A DNA stretch of 64,000 nucleotides from Octopus sinensis (taxonomy: Eukaryota): positions 7,626,001 through 7,690,000 of the forward strand of contig NC_043013.1 of NCBI RefSeq assembly GCF_006345805.1, written 5' to 3'. The position numbers and the translations under genes were made by a program. Of this stretch, positions 23,881 to 37,115 are shown piece after piece; the first letter of the stretch is position 1, and each line of letters begins with the position of its first letter. The notes beneath the pieces are model-generated. The model was not told where the DNA came from, did no database searches, and saw only the letters and a program-made list of their open reading frames with translations.

Positions 23881-25743
23881 AAAATATTTTTTAAAATAAT
23901 AATGTAAATAAAAAAAAATAAGTGTGTCTTCTTATCGTGACATCACATGATGGCTGTAAATGAGTGTCACCACCATATAAGTGGTGTTATTTGTAACTAG
24001 GCTTCCGTGAAAACATGTTCAGCCAAGGGGAAATATTACCTTATTTGGAAACAGGTGAGGGAATCCAACTGTGGAAAATCTACCGCAACTAATTCCAAAT
24101 ATGAATGAAACACATGGCTGTGTGGTTAAATAGTTCACTTCTCAACCATATGGTTTTCGGTTCAGTCTCACTGTGTGGTGCCCCGGGCAGGTGTCTTCTT
24201 CTGTAGCCCCAGGCCAACCAAGGCCTTGTAAGTAGACTTGGCAGATGGAAACCCCCCACACACATATACATGTTTGTTTGTGTGTGTGTGTATGTGTCTT
24301 GACATCATGCAATGGCTGTAAACGAACATCATTGTTGTACAAGTGGGGTTATTTTTTTTCTAGTCTTCTTGAAAACATGTCCGGCCAAGGGCTGGAAATA
24401 TTACCTTACTTGGAAATAGGTTAGGGTCAGCAACAGGACAGGCATCCAACCATAGGAAATTTACCTCAACAAATTCCATCTGACTTAGGCAAACCTAGAA
24501 AAGAAGACGATGATGAGGATGATGACGATGATGACAAAGGAAATTGTTTTGCTTCAGTTTTAGCCTTTTGTAAGAATTGTTGCAGTTATGTGCTAAGTCA
24601 ACCTTGATATAGTTGACATATGATCAAGGTTTTCCAGCCATGACCATCCCATCTCACAAATACATATGTGTGTTTGTGTTAGTCCCCCATCATGCCTAAC
24701 AACCGATGTTGGTCTGTTTATGTCCCTGTAACTTAGCAGTTCAGCATATAGGACCAATAGAATAAGTACCAGGCTTTCAAAATAAGTCCTGGGGTTGATT
24801 GATTTGACTTCAAGTTGGTGCCCCAGCATGGCCTCTGCCCAATGACTGAAACAAGTAAAAGACTATATGTATGAGTATGTATATATATGTATGTATGTAT
24901 GTACATACATGCCTGCATACATGATCCAAGGCGGCAAGCTGGCAGAAACGTTACCACGCCGGGTGAAATGCTTAGCGGTATTTTGTCTGTCTTTATGTTC
25001 TGAGTTCAAATTCTGCCAAGGTCGACTTTGCCTTTCATCCTTTCAGGGTCGATAAATTAAGCACCAGTTGCATACGGAGGTCGATCTAATCAACTTTCCC
25101 CCTCCCCCAAAATTTTGGGCCTTGTGCCTAGATAAGAAAAGATTATGTATTTGTTTGTAGGACAGAAGAAGGGTATGACATGAAAGATCTTTTTGCTGCT
25201 TTTTCTAGCAGGTCTAACAACTGCTTAGAGGGTTACTCATTGGCTCATGTTTCAGGAATGTTTTACACATGCCAAGAATTTCAGAGTTTATGTTTTTTTT
25301 AAAATTTGTTTTCACATCTTTATTTTGCAAGATCACAAAATATCTGTTGAATAATATTTTGTGAGAGGAAGGGGTCGTTTCTTAAATACAGTGGGTTTAT
25401 GCCTGCTTCTAGAATTATCATGTTAATGTTATGTAAGTATCATTATTAGGGTCTCGCTGTTTCTCCCATAGTTGTGTTAAATAAAAGGAGCTTCCTACTA
25501 TATGATATTGGTGATACTACTTTCCATCTGCTTACTTCATTCCTGATTCTTTTAATCTTCTTCTCCCATGATGGTCTCTCCACATTTTACTAATCAAATT
25601 TAATTGCTTTTAACTAATTACTTATTCCTGTGTTTTCCAGCCCAAAGGATGTGACCATGCTGGGACACAGCCATTGTACTGGGAATTATTTTTTTTAAGG
25701 GAGTTGGTTAACAGTTCTCACTTGCTGTATATATATATATATC

Positions 25744-25971
25744 GGTGGCGAGCTGGCAGAACTGTTAGCACACCGGGCAAAATGCGTAGCCGTATTTCAT
25801 CTGCCGTTATGTTCTGAGTTCAAATTCCGCCAAGGTCGACTTTGCCTTTCATCCTTTCGGGGTCGATAAATTAAGTACCAGTTACACACTGCGGTCGATA
25901 TAATCGACTTAATTCGTTTCTCTGTCCTTGTTTGTCCCCTCTGTGTTTAGCCCCTTGTGGGTAATAAAGAA
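25744..25971 (+). mobile_element. SINE family A
   Basis: Matches 9342-9574. Confidence 0.85.
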
Positions 25972-26254
25972 ACATATATAGAGAGAGATATGCAAGCATG
26001 CATGCGTGCATATATATATGTATATATATGTATGCATATATGTATGCAGCCTGCAATCGTGCATCTATGTATGTATGTGGATAATAGATATACATATCTT
26101 TCATAATATGTTTGACTATTTGCCACTTAAATTAAAATTTAATTAAAGTTCATAACAATACTATGTTCATAACAACGCTATGTGAATGAATTGGAATAGA
26201 ATAGAAGAGTTTTCAACAAATTTTACATGAATATATATATATATATATATACAT

Positions 26255-26288
<34 letters not shown>

Positions 26289-26699
26289 TAAGAATCAGCA
26301 AGCAAATTAGCTAGTTGAGAAAATCTTTGTAAAAGATGAAAGCAATAACTATACTGAGAAGTAACATTAATCACCACTTAGACATGACCGTTCTGTAGGA
26401 ACCGATGTTACAAACACCAGTAAATGTCGGTTCTGTAGGAACAGCCATGTTTAAGTGGTGATAAACATTTCTTCTTCATTTAAGAATCTATAAATTACAA
26501 AAAATGCACTCATAAATTTGTCAGTAGGGTAGGTATATTATTTAAAGTGTACAGTATTATAAATCCGTTACAGTCAATGTTTCTGATTGGTTTTGCACTA
26601 GAGGTTCAATGGAGTGTTAGGTAACAGTCTGGTTACATAACCCTGCACTCTTCAGAGGTGGCAGTTATGGAATGAAGTATGGCAACACACACACACACA

Positions 26700-27040
26700 C
26701 ATATAGGATCTTCAAATTTACTTGCATCACATTTCCACCAAATGTACAGTTAATTCTCGCCATATCTTCTCCCAATATCATTTGAAGCTTGTTGGAGCAG
26801 ATCAAACTCACACTTTGCATGTCCCCTTTATATTCTGGCACGTCTGTCCTCGTTTACAACAGTTGTTTGACTCATAAAAGAACACCGTGATAAATGACTG
26901 AGTGATTATGAATCATCTCCATGCAAAGTGTGAATGAAATAAACTGTAAAGTCATTGACACCAAACTCATGGCTCACAGCAACGAAGCTTCCACCATTAC
27001 GTATTTTCTAGATTATCTCTACCTTTTCCAGTAGAGATAA
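26700..27040 (-). pseudogene. Decayed Tigger/pogo-family transposase N-terminus (CENP-B-type HTH)
   Basis: Minus-strand LSLLEKVEII*KIRNGGSFVAVSHEFGVNDFTV resembles the L.LEEKV.II..L..G.S...VA.EFGV.ESTV HTH_psq motif; several in-frame stops. Confidence 0.5.
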
Positions 27041-27294
27041 TACACTTGCTATGTAGTTTGTTAGGATCAGGTGCCTATGTATTTTTTCTGATCATTTCTC
27101 CCATGGTTTTGTGGAGGTTTCCATGAGCAACTTTTGGAGGTCTCCCCTCTTTTGGGGAATTTTCTTTTTGGAATTTTTGTTTCTTTGTTTTTGTTATTTT
27201 TTTCTTTACATGCCTTTATCTAAACCCCTTGTTGCATTGTTTCCTGTACCATCCTTAATTTGCTTGTAAACCTTTATTGGTTAATAACGAATTC

Positions 27295-27600
27295 ATTATA
27301 TATCTTATATTTAACAACATTGTGTATCTTGTATTTGATACCATTGTGTTTATTATCTCACAACTTACATTTGATATACTATATTTGACATTGTTATATA
27401 TTTTATCTTTGATTGACACTGCTTTATCTTAAATTTGGTAATGTTATATATCTTATACTTAATACTGTTATATCTTATATTTGATACTGTTATACCTTAT
27501 ATTTGATACCATTATATATATCTTATGTCATATATTTGATACTATCATATAGCTTATATTTGACTGACGCTTTTATATATATCTTATATTTGATATCATT
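27295..27600. repeat. Degenerate ~20-22-bp AT-rich minisatellite (ttatatcttatatttgatac)
   Basis: The motif tatatttgata recurs throughout. Confidence 0.75.
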
Positions 27601-27782
27601 TTAAACCTATTTAATAGTTATATACCTTAGAGATAATATAGGGTGAAGAAGACTCTTTAGAATTGTTGAGGGCTTGACGACCTCTCTAATGCTGGTGCCA
27701 CATTAAAATGCACTTGGTGCACTCTATAATGTGGTTGGTGATAAAAAGGTCCTGCAACTGTAAACACCGTGTTGTCACTCAC

Positions 27783-27872
27783 GTATCTGAGTAAGACTTG
27801 GTCCTCCGACCTGTCTAAGAGGACAGTAACTCTCAGTAAGAACTGATGTGGACAGTGATGAATCACCTAACC
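27783..27872 (-). CDS. Candidate coding exon (phase 1-1): LGDSSLSTSVLTESYCPLRQVGGPSLTQI
   Basis: Acceptor tttccaagcttgcag|, donor ATAC|gtgagt, 90 nt, only one open frame, unique sequence. Confidence 0.4.
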
Positions 27873-28320
27873 CTGCAAGCTTGGAAAATGGCCATAAAAT
27901 GCTGATCACCATATATTTAAGAGAGAGAGCGAGAGATACATACACACACAAACATTTATATATACATATACATATATATATATTTAGTGTTGACTGTCAG
28001 AGAAAGAGCACTCAATACCTTAGTAGAGATTAATAGTATGTTTTATTATGGCCGAGTCAGTCTCTTATTTCTCTGAGTTTCACCTGTGGGTGCACAGAAT
28101 ATTCAGACAAATTATGAACTGAAAAATTATGGGGATTTGCTCGTCTTTGTACAGGCTTGCTGTCATAGAGTTTGGTAGTGGAGAGAAAATATGATAAATG
28201 GGGATTCTCTTTCCTTTTATTTCCTTTCCTTTCTTTTTCCTCTTTCTCATGTCTTTGTCTCTTCTCTCCTCATCTCCACCTTTTATCATATTCCTCTCCG
28301 TCACTTTTACCTTATGACAG

Positions 28321-28394
28321 GGAATCTGTATGCTGATATGCAAAGCCCATCAATCTTCAGTCATGACTTACTTGAAGATCCTGTGTACTCACAG
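28321..28394 (+). CDS. Candidate coding exon: NLYADMQSPSIFSHDLLEDPVYSQ
   Basis: Long pyrimidine tract and acceptor ccttatgacag|, donor CAG|gtgaaa. Confidence 0.25.
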
Positions 28395-28741
28395 GTGAAA
28401 CACAGAGAAGCAAAAGACTAACTCTACCAAAATTATGTATATGAATATGTGTGTGTGTGTGTGTGTGTGTACTTCTTAGTGAGGGATTATCAATCCGGGC
28501 AGAATACTTTATAAGCTCCCTGCTAATTTGCCAGGCTAACATTATTGTTTTAAAAAAATATATATAATGACCATTATTTATACCCTCTCTCTATCTCTCT
28601 CTCACACACACACACATTATTAACTACATATACTTAACATATATGCTTTGTGTATTTTCCAGTAGCTGCAATACACAAAACATATACATATACACATTGA
28701 GTATATGTGGTTAATAGTATTTATTAAACTAGAGCTGCTTT

Positions 28742-28780
<39 letters not shown>

Positions 28781-28977
28781 CACATATATATATATATGAC
28801 CGTATATATATATTGATTTATTAGTCGATTTAATGTGTATTATTTAGTATAGTAATCTTTAGTATAATATTAATAATATATTTAAATTTTTATTTTATTA
28901 TAGATAATATCTTTCACTATTAATTGAATTACTTTGATGGAGGTTCTGTCTCTTAATTCTCTATATATATATGTATG

Positions 28978-29024
<47 letters not shown>

Positions 29025-29083
29025 GTTATATTGAGGGTACTACTATTCGTATATATGTATATATACGTATATATGTATATATG

Positions 29084-29158
<75 letters not shown>

Positions 29159-29644
29159 ATTGATACCATTTATCTTAATATTTTAATACTATTTCCATCA
29201 TTACTATCTTGGTCTTTGATTCTTTTTGTTTACCTGCCTATCTAGCTGCTTGATTAACTGTCTCTAGCTACCTACCTATCTGTCTACTTGCTTGTCTGTC
29301 TGTCTATCAAGGTGATTGTCTGTTTCCCTGTCTGCTTGTCTACCTGCATAGACAACCTATCTACCTGTATGTTAGTTTGTCTGCCTACCTTTTGCAGACC
29401 AACACTTATAATTGCTGAACCATCATATTCTCCCCTTCACCTTCTTTTAACCATGGTCCTTTATCTGATCATTGTGACCATCAACATGCAGCTACTCATT
29501 ACCAACGTCCTCGTTAGCATTGATTAATTTCCGTTACATATTAGAGTCTCTTTGCTAGGAGCATGAAATTTTTGGCCCATGGGCAAAATTCTACCTGTGG
29601 TCAGATTTGAGACCACATACTGACGAAGCTCTCTAATTACTTAT

Positions 29645-29925
29645 CCCATCACGTGATCACGTGACTGACCAGGCTTTCAGATGTTGTTACACATCACTGG
29701 TCACAAGGCACTTTTTGTATTGTTTAGCCTTCGAATGACACCACCTCACTGGCTATGCGAACAGTCCAACATCCAACCCCCCCCCCCGATTGAAAGGGGG
29801 ACTGGAACAATGTGGAATAAATTATTATGTTCAAGAACACAATGCACTACCCAGTCAAGGAATCGAACCCACAATCTAGTGATCATGAGTGCAACAGCCT
29901 AACCACCAGGCCACGTGCCTTCACT
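29645..29925 (-). mobile_element. SINE family D head with tail Y
   Basis: Tail ...gatgtgtaacaacatctgaaagcctggtcagtcacgtgatcacgtgat is shared with 56303-56612 and 22795-23010. Confidence 0.65.
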
Positions 29926-30269
29926 AATTACTTATATGCAGAGAAAAAGGACCATGAAAACAAAACAGCTAGTTTACGCCTTAAGACCAAAACAGTAATT
30001 TAATATAACTTTGCTTTCAACACTATCTGATTAATTAATCCATTATTACCGTATTTTAATTAATGTTGCTTGATGTGATTGCTTGCGTACCTGTGAATTT
30101 GTATAGTTAAAGAAGATTCATCATTCTTAGTACAGATGCACCCTCACAAGTTCTTATGTACTTACAGTTTGCACTTGGTGCTAAAATGCCTCTCAAACTC
30201 TGCTCTCTGCAGTCACTCAAGCTGCTGAATTTAGCAGCCAAGTTTCCCTAAGATCACATCCTGCAATCT

Positions 30270-30642
30270 TGTGTGGTAAGTAGCTTGCTAACCAACCACA
30301 TGGTTCTGGGTTCAGTCCCACTGCGTGGCACCTTGGGCAAGTGTCTTCTGCTATAGCCCCGGGCCAACCAAAGACTTGTGAGTGGATTTGGTAGACGGAA
30401 ACTGAAAGAAGCCTGTCGTATATATGTATATATATGTATGTGTGTGTGTGTGTTTGTCCCCCTAGCATTGCTTGACAACCGATGCTGGTGTGCTTACGTC
30501 CCCGTCACTTAGCAGTTCGGCTAAAGAGACCGATAGAATAAGTACTGGGCTTACAAAGAATAAGTCCCGGGGTCGATTTGCTCGACTAAAGGTGGTGCTC
30601 CAGCATGGCTGCAGTCAAATGACTGAAACAAGTAAAAGAGTA
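30270..30642 (+). mobile_element. SINE family B
   Basis: Matches 14727-15115. Confidence 0.85.
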
Positions 30643-30924
30643 TAAATAAAAAGAGGAAGGCCTCACTTATTAATGTAATTCTCAATACAGTGCCTTACCA
30701 TATTCCTGTTGAAGTGCACTGCCTTTGTTTCAAATAATTTTGAAAATAACAAAGAATTCAGTAAAATAACTTTGTCGTTATTTAAGTGGTGCTTGGAACT
30801 TAAATTAACAAGAAACTTTAATGGAAAGTGTTAATTTAGATCATTTTAAAACATGGAGATTGTATCATAGGGCCATGGGCAATCACAAGAGAGTTGGCAT
30901 CAAAAGAGTTAAAATCATCATCAT

Positions 30925-31460
30925 CATTGTTTAACGCCTGCTTTCCATGCTGGCATGGGTTGGACGATTTTGACTGAGGGCTGGCAAACCAGATGGCTGC
31001 ACCAGGCTCCAATCTTGATCTGGCAGAGATTCTACAGCTGGATGCCCTTCCTAACGCCAACCACTCCAAGAGTGTAGTGGGTGCTTTTACGTGCCGCCGA
31101 CACAGGGGCCAGTTAGGCAGTACTGGCAACGACCTCGCTCGAATCTTTTTACACATGCCACCGGCACAGGTGCCAGTAAGGCGATGCTGGTAATGATCAC
31201 GCTCGAATGGTGCCTATTACGTGCCACTGGCACGGAGGCCAGTTAGCCACTCTGGCAACAATCATGCTCGGATAGTGCTCTTAACACCCTACTAGCACTG
31301 GCACAAGTGCCAGTAAGGCAATGCTAGTAACGATCACATTTGAACGGTGCCTTTTATGTGCCACTGGCACGGAAGCCGGTTAGCTGCTCTGTCAAACGAT
31401 CACACTCGTATGGTGCTCTTTGCACTCCGCTAGCACGGATGCCAGTCATCGAATTTGATT
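30925..31460 (-). mobile_element. RTE LINE 3'UTR with six ~65-nt hairpin units
   Basis: Tail homologous to 7680-7850; motif tgc(ttt)tacgtgccac(c/t)ggcac variants near 31080, 31141, 31209, 31273, 31346 and 31411. Confidence 0.75.
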
Positions 31461-31698
31461 TTGATTAAAATAATTTTAAACGATGCATGATCATTCATGA
31501 CTGGAATGCTTTTAATCATGTCTACTCAAAGAAGACTGTCCTAGGGCTAAACAACCGTTAATAGATCATCTACCATGTTTTTTGCTTTTCTATAGAAGGC
31601 AAGTAATGCTAAGGGGGTTTCTCTGGTAATTTTCTAACAAGTTATCGGTCTGCTAATTGTTTAATGTCAAATTTCTCTCTGGTCTTCACCACCTGCAG

Positions 31699-31778
31699 AC
31701 ATAAGAAACAAATATTTCAATTATGTTGGAGGAATGGTGACAGCGTTGGCAAAACAGAAAGGAGCGAGTAAGTCAGAG
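31699..31778 (+). CDS. Candidate coding exon: IRNKYFNYVGGMVTALAKQKGA(SKSE)
   Basis: Acceptor ctctctggtcttcaccacctgcag|; tandem donors GA|gtaagt (31767) and AG|gtaagc (31778). Confidence 0.3.
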
Positions 31779-34333
31779 GTAAGCAAGCTTGAACAGGTTT
31801 TGGCACTAGAGCCATGGAAACTCATAAAAAGCAACAATACAAACAAATGTTTCCTGCTGAAAAGACCACCACCACTGAAGTTTTAAACTGTTGTTTGTCA
31901 GTTGTTACCAAGGGAATCATCCAAAGAATTCATGTTGAACAATAAACGTAGTGATTTAGATCTGGTGTCACTGCTACCGTTGCTGCTGGTAATTAGTTCT
32001 TTTGATTAAGTAGAATGTCAAATGTTGTAACTAAAAGGAGAGCATATACACAAGTGCCCTGTTAATCATCATCATTGTTATCATTGACATCAGCATCATC
32101 ATCAGCAGCATTGTCATTTTAGTGTCCACTTTTCAATGCTTGCATGGGTTCAATGGAATTTGTTGAACCAAATTTTGTATAAGCTGGATGCTCTTCCTGT
32201 TGCTAACCCGCACCCGTTTTCAAGTAAGATAATATTTCCTCATTGCCGGACGATGGTGTGAGAAAATGGTTAAGCAATAGATGATTTAGATATGTATGTG
32301 TGTCTGTGTTTGTCCCCACAACATTGCTGGTGTGTTTACGTCCCCGTAACTTAGCGATTCAGCAAAAGAGACCGATAGAATAAGTACCATTAGATAAGAT
32401 TTAGATAGGATACGAAATAGAGAGTGAAGTGGAGGAATGAAAATAGATGTGAGATATGCAGGGATATTGCATTTGTAGATCCATTATTTAGGCAGAATAG
32501 TATACATATAAGATTCCAAGACCTTGTTAGTGAAATCCAATAGTATTTAAAATGAGTCATTCCAAGTATAGAGTTTGTACACAGTGCTGTTGAATCAAGG
32601 GTTTTATTTAAAGTCCACCAAATCCACTCACAAAGCTTTGATCACCCTGGAGTTGTAGTAAGAGACACTTGTCCCTTGTCATCTCATTGGAAAGGTTCAG
32701 TGGCCTGAGGTCATCCTTCAGTGCATTGTCCCATATCTTTCTGCATCTCTCTCTTCCACAACTTCTATCCACCTTGAGAGATTGAAAACATGAGAAGATG
32801 TGGTGAAAGCTGATTTCAAGAAGCTGAGCTTCATTAAGATGATAAAGGATTGTAAAGAATCAACACTACGCTAGAGACAACTCCAGCCCATGCAGGTATG
32901 GAAAAATAGACGTAAAATGAAATTATGGTTCACCTTTAATAAACTCTGCTCTAAAATATCTGAAATGAACAGTGAACTGTAGACAGCGTCAGGAGTTAAT
33001 TGTCTTGACCCAAGAGGAAAACACAGCACTGATGACCAAATGATCTAATCTCTTTGAGGATTGTCCAAATTATTATCTACCCAGCCCTATCTACTTAGCC
33101 ATTCATAATCTCTTTCATTTATTTACTTAACTGTTTTCTAATTGTTTTTCTATTAAGTAGTCCTCTTTATTAAGACTGGCTTCTTTCCATTACAGATTCC
33201 TCGTTAAACAAAGCTAATATCATTCTTTTTTTTCTTTTTCGTTAATCTTCTTTAATCTCACCTCTTTCAGTTAATTACCCACTTCTTCTAATTATCTCCT
33301 TCAATCTGTTCTCTTTCTTAATTAAGCTCTTTTTAATCAATTTGTCTATTTAGTTAAATGTCTTCATCATCTTTAATTTCTAGACTAAACACTTTCAGTT
33401 TCATAGTGTCTTGGGGAGAGTACATGTCTGTCGTTTACTGTTGCCTTCTTCAGCTAAGCATGTCTTTAGTTGTCATCGTCGTCGTCGTTGTCCTCCTCCT
33501 CTTCCTCATCATCATCATCCTTCACGTCTTCTTTCACCTCCTCCTCCTCTTCCGTGCAACCACATCCAAGATGCATTTCACTATGTTATGCCACTCAGTA
33601 TGTCTTGTCCTGCCCGTTCCTCCTCCTCCTTCTCACCATCATCATCATCATCATGGTCACCCTTCATGTCCTTATCCACATCCTCCTGCCCTCCAACTCT
33701 CATCTCCTCCTCCATGCAATCACATCCAAGATGCATTTCGCTGTGTTATGCCAGTCAGAAAACCTCTGGTACTCCCACTTAGCTTTGGTAGGTCCCCAGA
33801 CTGACCGATGCCTTGCGAGTTATTTTATAGACAGAAACTGTGAAAGAATACCATATGTACATTATGTACATATCTATGTAGGACTTGGTATTTGTCCCCC
33901 ACCCTCACCGATTTGACAACTGGTGTTGGTTTGTTTGCATTCCTATAATTCAGCAGGTTGGAAGAAGAGACCAATGGAATAAGTAGCAGTGTGTGTATGT
34001 ATGTATGTATATATTTATGTCTGTGTGTCTTTGTGTCTACGTTTGTCCCCCTGCCATCACTTGACAACTGATGTTGGTGTGTTCATGTCCCTGTAACTTA
34101 GTGGTTCAGCAAAAGAGACTGATAGAATAAGTACTAGGCTTAAAGAGCAGTCAATTTCGTCAACTAAAGCCCTTTAAGGTGGTGCTCTAGCATGGCCACA
34201 GTCAAAGGACTGAAACAAGTAAAAGAATAAAAAAAATAAAAAGAATATGAAAGAAAGTTTATGAATCACAATAGAACATTTACTAATGGAGAGATTTAAT
34301 ACTGAAAGTAGTGTTGAATTTAGTATGTATGAG

Positions 34334-34376
<43 letters not shown>

Positions 34377-34773
34377 TTTGTGTGTGTGTGCATGACTTGT
34401 TTTTAATTCCTCTTACTCCTCCTGGTGTGTAGATAGCCATTCAGTGATTACAGAATAAAAAGTCTAATTATGATAGAAATTAATATCACTATAAAAGCAA
34501 CCTGGGAGAAAAACTTTGAAATTTTTATATGCTAAATGATTTTCATTGCAATGATGGCTGGCCACTTTGAAGCCATGTCGTTTGATGAAGTCTTAATGTG
34601 CGTATGATATACTAAACAAGATACAATATATAGATGCAGAGTAATTAACAAAGTAATTAACACGGATTTTAAACGAAGGAATTTTAAAACCAAAAATGGG
34701 ATATAAATATTTTCTAAGTCATATTTTAAAATAACCAGAAAATGTGTCACCTAGTTTTTATTTATATATATAT

Positions 34774-34806
<33 letters not shown>

Positions 34807-35162
34807 GTGAACATAATCAAAGGGTAATAAATGTGTGTGTGTGTGTGTGTGTGTGTGCACGTGTGTGTGTGTGCACGTGTGTGTGTGTGTGTGTGTGTGC
34901 ACGTGTGTGTATGTGTGTGTGTTTGTGCGTGTGTGTGTAGGCGTAGCTGTGTGGTAAGATGTTAGTCTCCCAGCCATATGATTCCAGGCCCAGTTCCATT
35001 GCATGCCACCTTGGGCATATGTCTTCTATTATATATATTGTTGTGTCTAGGGGAGAGTTATTGTTCCAATATAAGATATTTAATTCCTAATCGTTACTCT
35101 AACCAAATATATTTTGTCAGGTTAACAATTATGGGTGAAATATTTAATTCACTCTCAAACCT

Positions 35163-35370
35163 ACTCTTTTACTTGTTTCAGTCATTTGACTGAGGCCATG
35201 CTGGAGCACCGCCTTTTAGTCGAGCAAATCGACACCAGGACTTATTCTTTGTAAGCCTATCACTTATTCTATCGGTCTCTTTTGCCGAACCGCTAAGTTA
35301 CGGGAACGTAAACACACCACCATCGGTTGTCAAGTGATGTTGGTGGGGTGGACAAACACAGACGCACAAG

Positions 35371-35433
<63 letters not shown>

Positions 35434-35644
35434 ACACACACACACAAACACACACACATACATATATTTTTTTTCTCTCCTTGTTTCTTTCCGTGTTTCT
35501 TTTCTGTGTATCTTTCTGTTGAAGAGCGTAGGCTCGAAACGTAAAAGACTTGTTTTATTTATATTCCTGAGCGCCATACTAATACAATTGTTCGTTTGTA
35601 TTCCACCTGCCTTCGTCTTTTGTTTATTTTCATAAAGCTTCCCG

Positions 35645-35702
<58 letters not shown>

Positions 35703-35873
35703 ACATATGTACGACGGGCTTCTTTCATTTTCCATCTACCAAATCCATTCACAAGGCTTTGGTCAGCCCAAGGCTATAGTAGAAGGCACTTGCCCAAGCT
35801 GCCATGCAGTGGGACTAACCCAGAACCATGTGGTTGGTAAGCAAACTACTTACCACACAGCCATTCCTACGCC
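35163..35873 (-). mobile_element. SINE family B copy split in its microsatellite linker by a Penelope-like fragment
   Basis: Tail at 35163-35365 and head at 35705-35873; an unrelated insert at ~35460-35645 lies between the (CA)n and (TA)n runs. Confidence 0.7.
35511..35548 (+). ncRNA. Degenerate minimal type-I hammerhead-ribozyme-like motif
   Basis: TCTTT / CTGTTGAA / GAGC-GTAG-GCTC / GAA / ACGT / A / AAAGA gives stem I, a near-CUGANGA core, stem II, GAAA, a palindromic stem III and a GUA site; the core deviates from consensus. Confidence 0.3.
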
Positions 35874-36469
35874 TATATTTTTTTTTTTTTTTTTTTCTGC
35901 TTTTCGTTTTTTTTCTTTTGTACTTGAGAGGTCATATAATCTACCTATGACTGCTGAAAATCTTGTTTCATAAACACAGCATACTTCACAGTGTGCAGTA
36001 CTCAACCATTTTAACCTATTTAACACCATCCTACATGAAACCAAATCTACTAAACTGTAACCATATAAAGCTAAAACTTAAATTAAAATCTTGATCAAAT
36101 TCCCATGACATATTTACTATTATATAATTTCAATGTGTCTGCACTAGCATGATACATGTATACCAATACTAATATGTAAGGTCACAGATATTTTACTGAT
36201 TATTCTGTCGTATGTTATGCTTATTTATTGACATTATTTTGAATGAATCATGCAAGATCTCGATGATGTGATCGTTTATTTTTAGAAGGATATTGTTGAG
36301 TAGATGTTGGTTACTCAACTTGCTGGAAGTGGTGACCTGAATCTTTGAGATCATATTTCTGTTCTTCTTAAAGGAAAATAAAGGAAGGGTTGGACTTCCT
36401 GTAATTATGTCTCTGTTTAGCCAGGACTAACTTCGGGGTTAGTCGTCAACATTTTATATGCATGACCGA

Positions 36470-37115
36470 GACCTTTGGAGATATGCTGTGCCTGAGAAGA
36501 CCCGACAAGCCAAGTGAGACCATAGCCTGTGGCCTATCCCAGTGGGTGTAACCAGCCCACTTACGAATACCCCTCAATCATTGGACAATAAACTTTACTT
36601 GCAAAGACCAATTGAGGCAAGTGAAATCAAAATCACTGACGTAGCCGATGACAGTACCGCCTGATTGGCACTCGTGCCAGTGGAACGTTTGAAGCACATC
36701 TAAGCGTGATCGTTGCCAGGACCACGCATTGGCTCCTGTGCCAGTGGCACGTAAAAAAGCACCGTTCCAGTGTGATTGTGGCCTGTGTCACCTTACAGGC
36801 ACATGTGCTGGTGGCACGTGAAAAACAATATTCAAGCATGATTGTTGGCAGCACCGCCAGACTGGCTCCCATGCAGGTAGCATGTAAAAAACATCTTTTG
36901 AGCATGGTCATTCCCAAAACCGCCTGACTGGCCCTCATGCTGGTGGCACGTAAAAGCACCCACTAAACTCTCAGAGTAATTGGTGTTAGGAAGGGCAGCA
37001 TCCAGCTGTAGAAACTTTGCCAGATTAGATTGAGCCTTGTGCAGCTTTCTGGGTAACCAGTCCTCAGTCAAACGGTCCGACCCATGCCAGCATGGAAAGT
37101 GAACATTAAACAACG
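36470..37115 (+). mobile_element. RTE-clade LINE 3' fragment with five hairpin units in the 3'UTR
   Basis: HDRDLWRYAVPEKTRQAK* followed by gtgccagtggcacgtaaaa-type motifs near 36675, 36738, 36806, 36870 and 36938, then the shared tail. Confidence 0.8.

Noticed and set aside
28321-31778. Neprilysin/M13 peptidase assignment for the plus-strand exon candidates
   Set aside because: Only a loose visual resemblance, the phases are incompatible, and no HExxH exon was found
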